Shown: positions 27,092 through 40,105 of the stretch, in pieces
How the letters are laid out: each line of letters starts with the position of its first letter
Numbering within the stretch: position 1 is the stretch's first letter
Source of the DNA: Octopus sinensis
Lineage: Eukaryota
NCBI RefSeq assembly: GCF_006345805.1
Contig: NC_042998.1
Span: 55,986,001 to 56,050,000, forward strand
Length of the DNA: 64,000 nt
Direction of reading: 5' to 3'
The notes under the pieces: model-generated
Seen by the model: the letters and a program-made list of their open reading frames with translations, nothing else
Databases searched by the model: none
Told to the model about the DNA's origin: nothing
Translations under genes and position numbers: made by a program

Positions 27092-28412
27092 TCTACATAT
27101 ATATTATATATATAACACCCTAATGGGGGCCTTAACTCCCAAATTTTAGTCATTTCTTTTATGATCCAAAACTACGTCAAAAGTACTGAATGGATCTTTA
27201 TGAAATTTGGAAATTATATTCTATGCATGACAATTCATTTTTTTTTTTGCTGTTGATGAAATTTTTACCATAGATATTAGACACAAATGAAGTAATATTT
27301 ATAAAATTTCATCTTACAAGTTAAAAAGACCCCTCCATGGGGACTTAACACCCACAATTTTGTCATTTTATCTCAGCAAAAACAAATACGGTTGTGCTCT
27401 TGGAAGCTGTAGGGTTACCCGAGCATAAAAGATGAGCATTATTTGTAATTCAATAGTACAACAGTGTAAAAGTTTGCTTTGACATACACTTACATTGTGA
27501 TTTCTGCAATGTGGTGCATAAATTGTCAAGTAAATGAGAGGCATCTTTGACTCCACTGATTCAGTTGCAAAGTGTTGAGTAAAGTTATTTGATTGCTGAC
27601 CTCCTTTCAGTCTTTTTATTATCACTGGGTTACACATAGTCCCCAGATGGTAACATTGATTTCAAGGCCTTCCCAGATGAGTGACTGGTTATTCAAAAAC
27701 ATTTATAGATTGTTAATTTATTCTGTCCAGTTACGTATCAGTATAGTGGTCAATTGCAAACTCCAGAGGTGACACTTTCATTTCTCCTTAGCCCTCACGT
27801 CACACGGTTGTTAATGTTTATTTCAGTTGGGTCATGCCCTTCCAATTGCTATACATTCGTAATGCATCTTATGGCTGTGCCTGTCACCTGGATGGTGAGG
27901 AATCCTACATTGGGAGTGGTAACGACTAGGGTAGGGTAGCTGACTGCTTATTGTGATCATTCATCTTTTGGTTTCCAGTAGCTTTGCTCTCTTTTACAAA
28001 CCCAGTGAACATATACTTCCTATTTGAAAGAAATTCAAACAATAGATATAAGACCCAAGTTAATAAGATTCTCAACAATTCAACTTCTGGTTGACATTAC
28101 GATGCCCAACCTTAACAGGGGCCTTAACTTTCACATTTTAGAGCTCCATGACCTTCATTTTTCAGGAGCAAAATCTATTTAACAGGTTCAAAAAGACTGG
28201 AATTTTGGAATATGCGCATAAAAATCAAGTAGTATGGGATACATGTGGCACGATTACAATTTTTTTAGGATGTGTAAAGAGGGAAATAAACCTCCTCTGC
28301 AATTTTGATGAAATTCAAAACATAGATATTCCAGTTCATTACAGAAAATTTAACAGAAAAGTCTAATTCTTCAATTGCATGTAACACGGTCAACTACGGG
28401 TATCTCTGCTAG
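27092..28412 (+). mobile_element. Non-autonomous Helitron-like element
   Basis: Ends GGTCAACTACGGGTATCTCTGCTAG followed by T, a typical Helitron 3' end. The putative 5'-TC at 27092 is less certain. Confidence 0.5.
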
Positions 28413-28428
28413 TATATATATATATATA

Positions 28429-28485
<57 letters not shown>

Positions 28486-28756
28486 TGTATATATATATAT
28501 ATGTGTGTGTATGTATGTATGTATGTATGTATGTATATATGTATATATATATTGTATATATATTATATATATATGTATATATATATTGTATATATATTAT
28601 ATATATATATCATGTATTATATATTAAATATATGTATTATAAATTGTATATATATATATTATATTCTATATTATATATATATTAAATATACATGTGTATT
28701 TATTAAATATATATATATATATAATATATATATATATAATATATATATTATATATA

Positions 28757-30054
28757 CTAGGAATTAAGCCCGGTCTCACCCAGTCTGTCTGGATGATGTG
28801 TGCGTGATCATTTTCGGTTTGGCACAATCTATAACAGCGTTTCTCAACCTTATCATTTCAGGCCCCCTGTTTCGATTGGAGCGTCCAACTGTATGTAAAT
28901 TTCTCCCCCCCAACTCCAGTGTCAGAAAATAGCTTCTGGAGTTGTGAAGAAAGAATTTGTATGTAGTCTGTTTCTGAGAGCCTCTGTCTAATCATTAAAA
29001 CATTTATTTAATTATGAACATATAAAGAAATTACACATTAATCCCTATTTTTGTAAGCAGTTGTATCCGTAAAAATTTTGTTTGCAGAGAGCAGAAATTG
29101 AAAGAAGGTATATGAAATGGACGTGCGTGTGTGCGTGCTTGCGCATGTGTATGTGAGAGAGAAAGAGGGTGAGAAAGAGAGATAGAGTTAGTGAGTGAAG
29201 GTGTGTGTCATCGAGTTACATTGGCTGGCACGGCAACTGCGAAGCTTTTGAGATGGCAGATGACTGGGGTGATTTGAAAGAAATGCTATCTTTTCAGTGG
29301 CATGCTTCTTTGTAGGAAATGTTTCTCGTTTTCCCTTCTGATGCACAAATGTATAGACTTTGTGGCCTGCCAACACGGGAGCATCCAATGTAAAGTTGAC
29401 CGTGGGAGAACACTTGCTCTGTGAGATTTAAACCAACCATTTGCAATGATTGACCCTGTGCCTTATTTATTCTCATCGCAAAGGAGAGTTTGATAGGAAA
29501 TTGAAGCCGCTTAAACATGTAGACCATATCAGAGGGAGTTAGGGACATTTGAGTTATAAGAACATCTTGACCAGCAGCCGGTCCATTCAATTCTATTGGA
29601 ACTCTATCTAATCACATCTTTTAAGGTATGCACACATACATAGAAAATGTGAGGACATGGTAGAAAATCTTTACAATAGTTGATTTATGGAAAAGATTAA
29701 AAAGGAAATGAGGGCAAAAAGCACTTGTCTTTTCACAATGAAAAATCGTTTCCTAGTAGCCGGAATATCGCGACAAAATGTATGTTTATTAAGCACAACA
29801 GCCTGCAGTGCATGCCACTGGACATTAAAAGCCAATCGCACAAACCTAGAGGAGCTCTGGTCCCCCTTGAATCGATAAAAATCACAATTTTTGCCATAGC
29901 AACCACACCTTTATAGCTTGCAAATTTTAACCATCATGGGTCTCATCCTCACCATGCATTTTCAGCTTGATCCTAGCCTCTGTTTGGCTGCCATTAACTG
30001 TCAAAGCAAAATGTGCATACAATTTTCGTCCAAGGACTGTTGTATAAATATAGA
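28757..30054 (-). mobile_element. Internally deleted Helitron retaining the helicase C-terminus
   Basis: 5'-TC(TATATTTATAC) at 30054 and CTAG 3' end at 28760-28757 with a degenerate hairpin. ORF 29294..29590 (FKRLQFPIKLSFAMRINKAQGQSL...VFSHGQLYIGCSRV) carries PIF1 motifs V-VI in the same orientation. Confidence 0.8.
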
Positions 30055-30062
30055 TTATATAT

Positions 30063-30114
<52 letters not shown>

Positions 30115-30285
30115 ATATAGGCGCATGAGTGGCTGTGTGGTAAGTAGCTTGCTTACCAACACATGGTTCCAGGTACAGTCCCACAGTGTGGCACCTTGGG
30201 CAAGTGTCTCCTACTATAGCCTTCAGCTGACCAAAGCCTTGTGAGTGGATTTGATAGACGGAAACTGAAAGAAGCCTGTCATATA

Positions 30286-30349
<64 letters not shown>

Positions 30350-30568
30350 GGTATGTATGTATATGTTTGTGTGTCTGTGTTTGTCCCTCCCAACATCACT
30401 TGACAATCGATGCTGGTGTGTTTACATCCCTGTCGCTTAGCAGTTCGGCAAGAGAGACTGATAGAGTAAGTACCAGGCTTACAAAGAATAAGTCCTGGGG
30501 TTGAGTTGCTCGACTAAAGGTGGGACCTCAGTATGATTACAGTCAAATGACTGAAACAAAATAAAGAA

Positions 30569-30604
<36 letters not shown>

Positions 30605-31638
30605 TCACGCACACATATACACACACATTCAATTCACTTTACAGAGATTACTCGCTGGCAGCTTTATCCATGGCACCAGCAGGGTTACCAAGTAAATTGC
30701 ACAACAACCCCACTCAGCTGTGGAGTAGTTGTAAGGAAGGTAGCTTGATGAGAAGTTTTAAAATTATATTAGAGGGATAGAAATTGTTGTCTTGCTGTAG
30801 GGAAGATACACGGATTCTCTAGGTAAAGAGAAAGAGACAAAGAGACAAAGTTAGATGGGAAGATAAGGAGAGACAGTGAGATGCTAGTGATGTGTTGGGA
30901 CATACCTTAAAGATGTAGTGGTGGGGACTATAGATGAAGTGATGTGGAGGATTAAACTGGGGGGGGTGGACAGCAGGAGATACAGGGGATGTTTCATGAG
31001 AGTGGGGAGATATGGCTAGAGACTGGATAGTGTTCACTGTTGCAAGTGACTGGGAGAGAAATAGGAGTGACTGTGGGGCAGTGGATGGTGTTATGGTGGA
31101 TATGATGACATTGAGAGTGGTGACTGATAAGTGGTGTTAAGGATGAAGTGTAGCAGAGGAGAGAGAGAGCAATGGCTGAAGACACAGAATAGAGGGTAGT
31201 AATTAATGGAAACAGTGGGTGGGAGATAAGGAGAAATGGAAGTTATTTGGGGTTGAGGAAGATGATAACCAAAGTAGTATTCTGCCTTATTCTGCTCTCA
31301 GGAGATTACAGCCACCAAGTACTACAGATAGGGAAATGGTGTGTTAGGAGTCGAGATGTGGGGAAAATGCTTAATGGACAAAGAGGATAGAGGTTGAGTG
31401 GGACAGAGCCCTGCACCTACAAGTGTTACTAAGGTGGTTTTAGGATATCAATTCTACTGCAGTGGACAGGTCTTTGTGAGAATTGCAAAATCCCAATCAT
31501 TTTAGACCTTTGTATATGTATATATAGTAGACCTTTGTATATGTATATATAGTATGTGTGTGTGTGTGTGTGTGTGTATATATACACGCATATACGCATA
31601 TACACATACACACATATACGCATATACATACACCTATG

Positions 31639-31689
<51 letters not shown>

Positions 31690-32143
31690 ATGTATATAGA
31701 TAGATAGAGAGAGAGAGAGAGAAAGAGATTAAAGTGAGTTTGGCAGGTTATGTTATCCAGATAGATACTCTTTTAGCTCTCAGACAAGTTCCAGTTGGCG
31801 ACTAACCACAATGATCAGTATCTAAAATCTGTGACTACAATTAGTTGTTAATAATCATACCATAAATCCTCCCAATGGGCAATTCCATGTACACTTTACT
31901 GGATGGTAAAAATTGTCTGGAGTACTCACTTTACTCTTTTACTCTTTTACTTGTTTCAGTCATTTGACTGCGGCCATGCTGGAACACTGCCTTTAGTTGA
32001 GCAAATCAACCCCAAAACCTATTCTTTGTAAGCCTAGTACTTATTCTATCAGTCTCTTTTGCCGAATCGTAAGCTACAGGGATGTAAACACACCACCATC
32101 GGTTGTCAAGTGATGTTGGGGGGACAAACACAGACACATAAAC

Positions 32144-32195
<52 letters not shown>

Positions 32196-32724
32196 TTATA
32201 TATATATATATGTATATATCATCATCATCATCATCATCATTTAACGTCCGCTTTCCATGCTAGCATGGTTTGACGGTTCAACTGGGGTCTGGGGAGCCCG
32301 AAAGCTGCACCAGTCCATCAGATCTGGCAGTGTTTCTACAGCTGGATGCCCTTCCTACGCCAACCACTCCGAGAGTGTAGTGGGTGATTTTATGTGCCAC
32401 CGACACAGTGCCAGACGAGGCTGGCAAACGGCCACGCTCGGATGGTGTTTTTATGTGCCACCGACACAGGTGCCAGACGAGGCTGGCAGACGGCCACGCT
32501 CGGATGGTGTTTTTATGTGCCACCGACACAGGTGCCAGACAAGGCTGGCAGACGGCCACGCTCGGATGGTGTTTTTTATGTCCCACCGACACAGGTGCCA
32601 GACGAAGCTGGCAGACGGCCACGCTCGGATGGTGTTTTTATGTGCCACCGACACAGGTGCTAGATGAGGCTGGCGAACGGCCACGATTGGATGGTGTTTG
32701 TCATGTGCCCACCGCACTGATATG

Positions 32725-32758
<34 letters not shown>

Positions 32759-32823
32759 GCATATACATATATACGACGGGCTTCTTTCAGTTTCTGTCTA
32801 CCAAATCCACTCACAAGGATTTA

Positions 32824-33141
32824 TGTTGAAGCATATTCTGTTGTGTCTGGGGAGAGTCATTCTCTTTTGGTGCCTTATAATTTAACACACTCACCGATAA
32901 AATTTCCAATTATTTCTTTTTTTATGTTTTTATTATTTTTCTAAAGTTTTTCTAAATTTCGTTGCGTCTTGCGACTTTTTCAATAGTTTTGAGTCAAAAC
33001 TATTGTAAGAAGCAACAAAAATTTTAGAAAAATAAAAAAAATATAAAAAGGAAATAAGTGGAAATTTTACCAGTGAGAGTGTTAAATTATAAGGCACCAT
33101 GAGAATGACTCTCCCCAGACACGACAGAATATGCTTCAACA
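32824..33141. mobile_element. Palindromic MITE-like element
   Basis: Arms TGTTGAAGCATATTCTG...CTGGGGAGAG...CCTTATAATTTAACAC and their reverse complement. Central perfect hairpin CAATAGTTTTGA-G-TCAAAACTATTG at 32981-33005. Related pieces at about 16240-16445 and 1928-2030. Confidence 0.8.
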
Positions 33142-33206
33142 CACGAATCTTGCAAATGAAATCCAAAAACAAAATATACATATATATATATGTATGTATG
33201 TATGTA

Positions 33207-33237
<31 letters not shown>

Positions 33238-33780
33238 ATATGTATATACGACAGGCTTCTCTCAGTTTCCATCTACCAAATTCACTCACAAGGCTTTGGT
33301 CAGCCTAAGGCTATAGTGGAAGACACTTGCCCAAGTGCCACACAGCCACTCCTAGGGTATTTGTGTTTTTTATTAAAGATGATTCATCATCATCATTTAA
33401 CGTCCGAGGTTGTTTTTCTATTTGTTACATACACACACACACGCACACACATATATATACATATATACAAGCACACACATACACACATGTGGAGACACGT
33501 AGGTTGGTGGTTATGGTATTTCACTCATGATCATAAGATAGTGATTTCATTTCCTGGACTGGGCAATGCATTATGTTCTTGAACAAAACATTTCATTTTA
33601 TATTGCTTCAATCCACTCAGCTATCAAAGACAAGTAATCTTGCAATAGATTAGTACTCCATCCAGTGGAGGAATATATAAACTGTAGAATCTTGCAAACC
33701 AGCCTTATGAATGAGCCTACAGCTTGGGAAAGAACTTTGATCGTTTTTTGTTTTTTTTTATGGTGGAGGATATATTTATA

Positions 33781-36110
33781 GAAAATGAATGGGATAAAGA
33801 GAGTCTGCCGAATGTTGACCCAACAGAGGGACCAGCTATCCGAGTTGATAGTTCCGTGGTAGCTAAGGCAATTAGAAGCATGAAGACAGGGAAAGCCCCA
33901 GGCCCATCAGGAATTACTGCAGAGATGCTCAAAATATCTGGCAGTGTCGGCTATAACCTAGTCACCCGTATAGTCAACCAGGTGATACACGAAGGAGTCA
34001 TACCCAATGACTGGTGTAGCAGCATACTAGTCAACTGCTACAAAGGTAAAGGTGATGCCCTGGATACAAATAATTACAGAGGTATCAAGCTGTTGGATCA
34101 GGTAATGAAGGTTACGGAGAGGGTCATAGCCCAACTAATTAGAGAGAGAGTTAGTTTAGATGAGATGCAGTTTGGGTTTGTCCCAGGGAAAAGCACCACT
34201 GATGCTATATTCCTGTAAGGCAGCTGCAGGAGAAATACCTAGCCAAAGATAAGCCCCTGTACCTGGCTTTCGTTGACATGGAGAAAGCCTTTGATAGGGT
34301 CCCCCGATCCCTCATCTGGTGGTCAATGAGGAAACTAGGGATAGATGAATGGCTGGTGAGGGCTGTGCAAGCCATGTACAGAGATGCCGTAAGTAAGGTT
34401 ACAGTTGGCAGCATGTACACAGAAGAATTCAAGGTAGAGGTTGGGGTCCACCAGGGTTCAGTACTCAGCCCCCTCCTATTTATCATAGTCCTCCAGGCAA
34501 TTGTGGAGGAATTCAAGACAGGTTGCCCCTGGGAGCTCCTCTATGCTGACGACCTCGCTCTAATCGCTGAGTCACTATCAGAACTGGAGGAGAAGTTCCA
34601 GGTGTGGAAGGAGGGTTTAGAATCGAGGGGCCTTAGAGTCAACCTAGCTAAAACCAAAGTACTAATAAGTAGAAAGTTAGAAAATCCACAAATATCCTCA
34701 GGAAGATGGCCCTGCTCGATCTGTAGAAAAGGTGTAGGTAGAAACTCTATAAGATGTACCCAGTGTAAGCTATGGACACGTAAGAGGTGCAGCAATGTCA
34801 AAGGTAGGCTAACTGGGAAGATAGTTTTTGTATGTGGCAGATGCTCTGGAGCATTGACCTCCGAAAATCTGCAGAAAACAACTTCCGTCACTTTCCGGGG
34901 GGAAAAACTAGAAGTAGTTGATAGCTTCCGCTATCTAGGTGACCAAGTCAGTAGTGGGGGCGGGTGCGCTGAAAGTGTAACTGCTAGAATAAGAATAGCC
35001 TGGGCAAAGTTTAGGGAGCTCTTACCTCTGCTGGTGACTAAAGGCCTCTCGCTCAGAGTAAAAGGCAGACTGTATGATGCATGTGTACGAACAGCTATGC
35101 TACATGGCAGTGAAACATGGGCCGTGACTGCTGAGGACATGCGTAAGCTTGTGAGGAACGAAGCCAGTATGCTCCGATGGATGTGTAATGTCAGTGTACT
35201 TACTCGACAGAGCGTTAGTACCTTGAGAGAAATGTTGTACCTAAGAAGCATCAGTTGTTGTGTGCAAGAGAGACGATTGCGCTGGTATGGTCATGTGGCG
35301 AGAATGGATGAAGATAGGTGTGTGAGAAAGTGCCAATCCCTAGCAGTTGAGGGAACCCGTGGAAGAGGTAGACCCAGGAAAACCTGGGACGAAGTGGTGA
35401 AGCACGACCTTCGGACGTTAGGTCCCACCATGGAAATGACTAGAGACCGAGACCTATGGAAGTATGCTGTGCGTGAGAAGACCCGGCAAGACTAGTGAAG
35501 CCATAATCCGTGGCCCCTACCTGGGACGTAGTCAGTCCACCTGTGCATACCTTCCTTCTCGTGACACTTGTGAAGACCTGTTGAGGCAAGTGAGAATCGA
35601 ATCAAATCAAATCAAATCAAATCGAACCAAATCAAAATAGATGAACATCAATGGAATTTGTATCCTTGTGGTACCAGTGCCGGTGGCACATAAGAAAACC
35701 ATCCGAACGTGATCGTAGCCAGTACCGCAACGACTGGCCTCCGTGCTGAGGGCACGTAACAAACACCATCCGAGCGTGGCCGTCCGCCAGCCCCGTCTGG
35801 CACCTGTGTCGGTGACATATAAGAAAACACCATCCGAGCGTGGCCGTCAGCCAGCCTCGTCTGGCACCTGTGTCGGTGGAACATAAAAAACACCATCCGA
35901 GCGTGGCCGTCTGCCAGCCTCGTCTGGCACCTGTGTCGGTGGCACATAAAATCACCCACTACACTCTCGGAGTGGTTGGCGTTAGGAAGGGCATCCAGCT
36001 GTTGAAACACTGCCAGATCTGACTGGCCTGGTGCAGCCTTCGGGCTTGCCAGACCCCAGTTGAACCGTCCAACCCATGCTAGCATGGAAAGCGGACGTTA
36101 AACGATGATG
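33781..36110 (+). mobile_element. RTE-clade LINE, 5'-truncated, RT largely intact
   Basis: ORFs 33724..34218 and 34278..35495 (405 aa, GVHQGSVLSPLLF, YADD) are separated by a single frameshift near 34216. The 3' UTR has 62-bp tandem units. Confidence 0.93.
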
Positions 36111-36294
36111 ATATATATATATATGAGTCAGCCCTAAAAAGTCCTTTTTTTTTTTGTTAGTACTAAACTTATAGCACTCTGATAAGTAGCTAACTTTGGA
36201 TGTTCACTCATTTGATACTTGACATGTCAACATAGTTCACCATTAACTTACAATGAGATATGTTGCATTTTGTATGCTTGGGATCATTCTGAAA

Positions 36295-36520
36295 ATGAAG
36301 TATCAAAATGAACATTATTGACACCTCATGCTTTTCTTATTTTAAAAAAGGCAAAAAGTGGAGGAAACCTGCACGTAAATATGCGCTGTGTATGGAGAGG
36401 ATGCTGTTATGAAATAAGTGTGCTAAAAGAGATTTCCAAGATTTCAATCTGGAAATCTTTCAGTTCAAGATGCATCTGTCTGGCCAGCCAGTTGAGATTA
36501 ACAACAATATCAGCCCCTGT
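36295..36520 (+). mobile_element. Mariner transposase N-terminal fragment (decayed)
   Basis: My translation from ATG 36295 is MKYQNEHY*HLMLFLF*KRQK...ICAVYGEDAV...RFQSGNLSVQDA, then SGQPVE after a frameshift. Confidence 0.75.
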
Positions 36521-36929
36521 TGTATGACCAGGATGATCCCAAATGTCAAAACTGAGTGTTTAAAATCATCCACATTATATGTGATAAATTCTAGTCAATT
36601 TTATTTTGAATTTATTTTAATTTACTTCTATACCTATTAATTAAGATTGTCTTAAAACTTATGGGAGATATCAAGTGAAAGTTTTACATGCTCACTCTAT
36701 TTACATTTTGTAACATGCCCAATCTCAAAACATTTATTTGATCAAGCATGTCTTCAGATCATGACATCTGAGAAAGTGAATGAACTATAGGATTATTATA
36801 TATTTCCATATGTTATGGCATGTATTACATAACATTGTATGAGATATGGAATAAAGATATTGTTCATTTATGGAAACAATTGTAATGTCAACTGGACTTC
36901 TCCTTTCCTTATTAACTATATATATATAA

Positions 36930-37007
<78 letters not shown>

Positions 37008-37278
37008 ATAGTGCAAACACACTATCTTTTTAAGATAGCATACATAGATTTGATATCATTGTATCGTACATTTTATAGTGTAAAATGCATAAATATACAT
37101 ATGCCATGCATGTGAGAAGAATGCTAGCAAGACATGCAATATGAATGAAGATCAAACATCAACAATGGAAATCATAGAGCTATAAGATAAAATGCAATTA
37201 CGTTAAGAGACTATGCATTTGTAAAGCAATGAAAAATGACTACCTAATTACTACTGTCAATAAATTTTATAATATATA

Positions 37279-37670
37279 CTAGCTTAAGGTGACCCGCTCT
37301 ATGTGCAGGTGAGGGTGTGGTTGTTACTTTCTTTTGATTCCTTTCTGTTTCTTAAATCTTGCCTTAATTTTCAAAAATTCAAACCCATTTTCTGTACTTA
37401 AATTACAAATCCGCTTCCGCTTTATCATGTTGAAAATTTGAGTGAAATTGAGCAAAAGTTGTCCAATCTAGACCCCCAAGTGTCCCCAAAAATCAATAAG
37501 ATCCTCGTTTTCACAGTAAAGCAACCACTGTAGTGCCCCAAAACGTCTCCCTATCAATTTCTCACCTCAAGTTACCCACTCCTGTAAATTTTAATCCCCT
37601 TTCAACCCCATTTAGACCCCTTTTTACATAAAAATCCAATTTGTATCAACATTCGCCTTCATTTTATAGA
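37279..37670 (-). mobile_element. Short non-autonomous Helitron
   Basis: CTAG at 37279-37282 beside an ACCCGC..GCAGGT hairpin remnant, and 5'-TC(TATAAAATGAAGGCG) at 37670. Two mutually related Helitron-like end fragments follow at about 37855-37975 and 38515-38615. Confidence 0.55.
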
Positions 37671-37993
37671 TTAGATTAAAGATAACTGCCTCTAGCCCCT
37701 GCAGCAACACGAAAAGCCACCATTATTCAAACAGTACGACCTGTCTATCCCATAAGACTCAATTTTTCCCATATTCCTCACCATGGCAACCAAACGGTAG
37801 CCCCAAGAGACTTGGAACCCTCCTCACACCATTGCCCACCCCATTTACCCCCCCAGTGTAAATTTTGACGCCAATCCGACCCCATCTACCACCCCTTAAA
37901 CCGTTCCCATCCCAAAATGAGGCAAATAACCAGGAAATCAAACAACTTTTTCGCATTTCAGCTTCATAGATATTGATTATACATATATATATA

Positions 37994-38047
<54 letters not shown>

Positions 38048-39339
38048 ATACACATATATATATTTATTATATACACACATATATATATAAATTAACACAA
38101 TATATCTGATTAATAATATCTGTTGTGATTGTGCGGTGGTGGTGGGCGATAATAATTCACCGTTCTAAAAGACCTGTGGCATGAATGTTTGAACTTTTGC
38201 GGCTGTCAACGCTTTCTCTCTATAGATAAAGACAGACGTACAGTGAGAGAAGTGGTGTGAGAAAGGGTGACAGAGAGATGGTGAAGGCAGAGAGGGGATG
38301 AGAGTGGAAGATCTCAAACCGCGTTATAGAGAGAATGTGGAGGGAAGGAAGGAAAGAGAGAGATCGAGGAAGACAGTGTGATATCCGAAAGAGAGAAACG
38401 AAAGAGAGAAACGACAAACACTTGTCAAAGTCTGGGTTTTGTTGCCCTAGTAACCACAGCTTTTGAGATAAGGGTTTCTAACCTAGTCCAGTCGCTTCCT
38501 TGCCTCTTTTTACATGTCCCTGTAAATTTTGGTGCCAATCCGACCCCATCTACTGCCCCTTAAACCATTCCCATCCCAAAATGAGACAAACAACTTTTTC
38601 GCTTTATAGATATTGAAATATTACATACATACATACATACATGCATGCATGCATGCATTGCATTACATTTTTAATACAGTTAGGATTATGTAATAAACAC
38701 AATAATCATCAATACTGTTATGCTATTTATGTTTATGTGTAGTGAAAAACTGAGCCCATCTGGTTCACTGTATTGTCATTCTCATGTGCAAACCAAACAA
38801 AAGTAGTATATTCTTTGTTTATATCCAAGCCTTAGGACTGAAACCTGTAAAAGAATAAAAGAAATATAACATGCTGTTATATAATAAAATTGTTTATATA
38901 TAAAATGAAAGTGAAGTGAAACAAGCTGATATGTAGATTTGTAATTGCAATCTCATCTTAGTATTAATTATGTTATAGCAATGAATATACATACACAAAT
39001 GTGCCACACTAATTTTATTTCCTCATAACTTCCAGAAAAATGGATATTTTTTAAATGAAATTTTATACAGATACGCTTCAGATAGTGTAGATTTCAATTT
39101 TATTGAAATTTTTGTGAAAAAAATGTATTCAAAGGAAGGAGTGGCTGTGTGGAATTCAGTGCCACTGTGTGGTACCTTGAGCAAGTGTCTTCAAAGCCTT
39201 GTGAGTGGATTTGGTAGATGGAAACTGAAAGAAGCCCATCATATATTGGAGCAACCCATGAATAATACAGTTTTTTTATACTGCTCTTAATTTTCAAAAT
39301 TAAGATAAACAAAATTCTTTTTTTCATCTAAAATATAAT

Positions 39340-40105
39340 CTACAATGCTCTTCCATCTATCTGGTAAACTTGCAAGGCTCCTCTTCCAAAATTCACTTGT
39401 TCATGATGAAAAATACTCTTCCAGTACTGTTCTGACCTTGTCTATAGAATTCATATTTTTTCCATCCAAATGATTTTGAAGACTGCAAAATAAATGATAA
39501 TCAGATAGGGCAATGTCCAACAAATATGGTGGGTAGGGCAATGTCCGTTGAATATGGTGGGTGAGGTATATTTTCCATTCAAACTGCTCCAGCCTTTGGA
39601 ATGTCATCCTTACCGTTTGTGGTCAAGCAGTATCCTGATGGAAGAACACCTTTTGTCTTGAAACCAAAGATAGTCATTTTTCTTCTAGCACAGGTGTCAG
39701 TGAACGGTTTAATGGCCAAATCTAAGCTTCTCTGCTAGTTCCCCAACAGTTACAATGGGATTTTGTTTGCAGGACATCCTCGTCAAGCTCTACAGATCTC
39801 CAGGACAAGGCTTGTCTTCTAAGAGGCTGTAGTTTCCAGCTCAGAATTTCTGGAACCACTTTGCATTGTTCCTTTTATTGAACTTATAAAACAAAATATG
39901 CTGAATATGCTCCTTTGTCACTTCTATTATAGCTTTGAAAAAAATAACTTTTAAAATCGAATTGCACTCTTCAAAACTCCACTAAAAACAAGTACAAGGT
40001 AAAATTATTACCTGCTTTTATAGCAAGTTGATGCAGATAGTTTATCCCATCCCCATCTGACTTTTAGTTCATGCAAGTGAAAAAAACCACATTATTTTTG
40101 TGTAT
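39340..40105 (-). mobile_element. Mariner remnant with a 28-bp internal duplication
   Basis: ORF 39401..39607 (PYLLDIALSDYHLFCSLQNHLDGK). AGGGCAATGTCC...AATATGGTGGGT is duplicated at about 39507-39562. Confidence 0.8.

Noticed and set aside
30620-31420. Purine/G-rich stretch with minus-strand S/H/L/P-rich ORFs (similar at 38200-38420 and 43380-43680)
   Set aside because: Compositional bias of a low-complexity repeat; no recognisable protein or RNA motif.
6603-35500. RTE copies at 6.6 kb and 33.8 kb as one segmental duplication
   Set aside because: Their 3' UTR variants and immediate flanks differ, so independent insertions of one subfamily are more likely.
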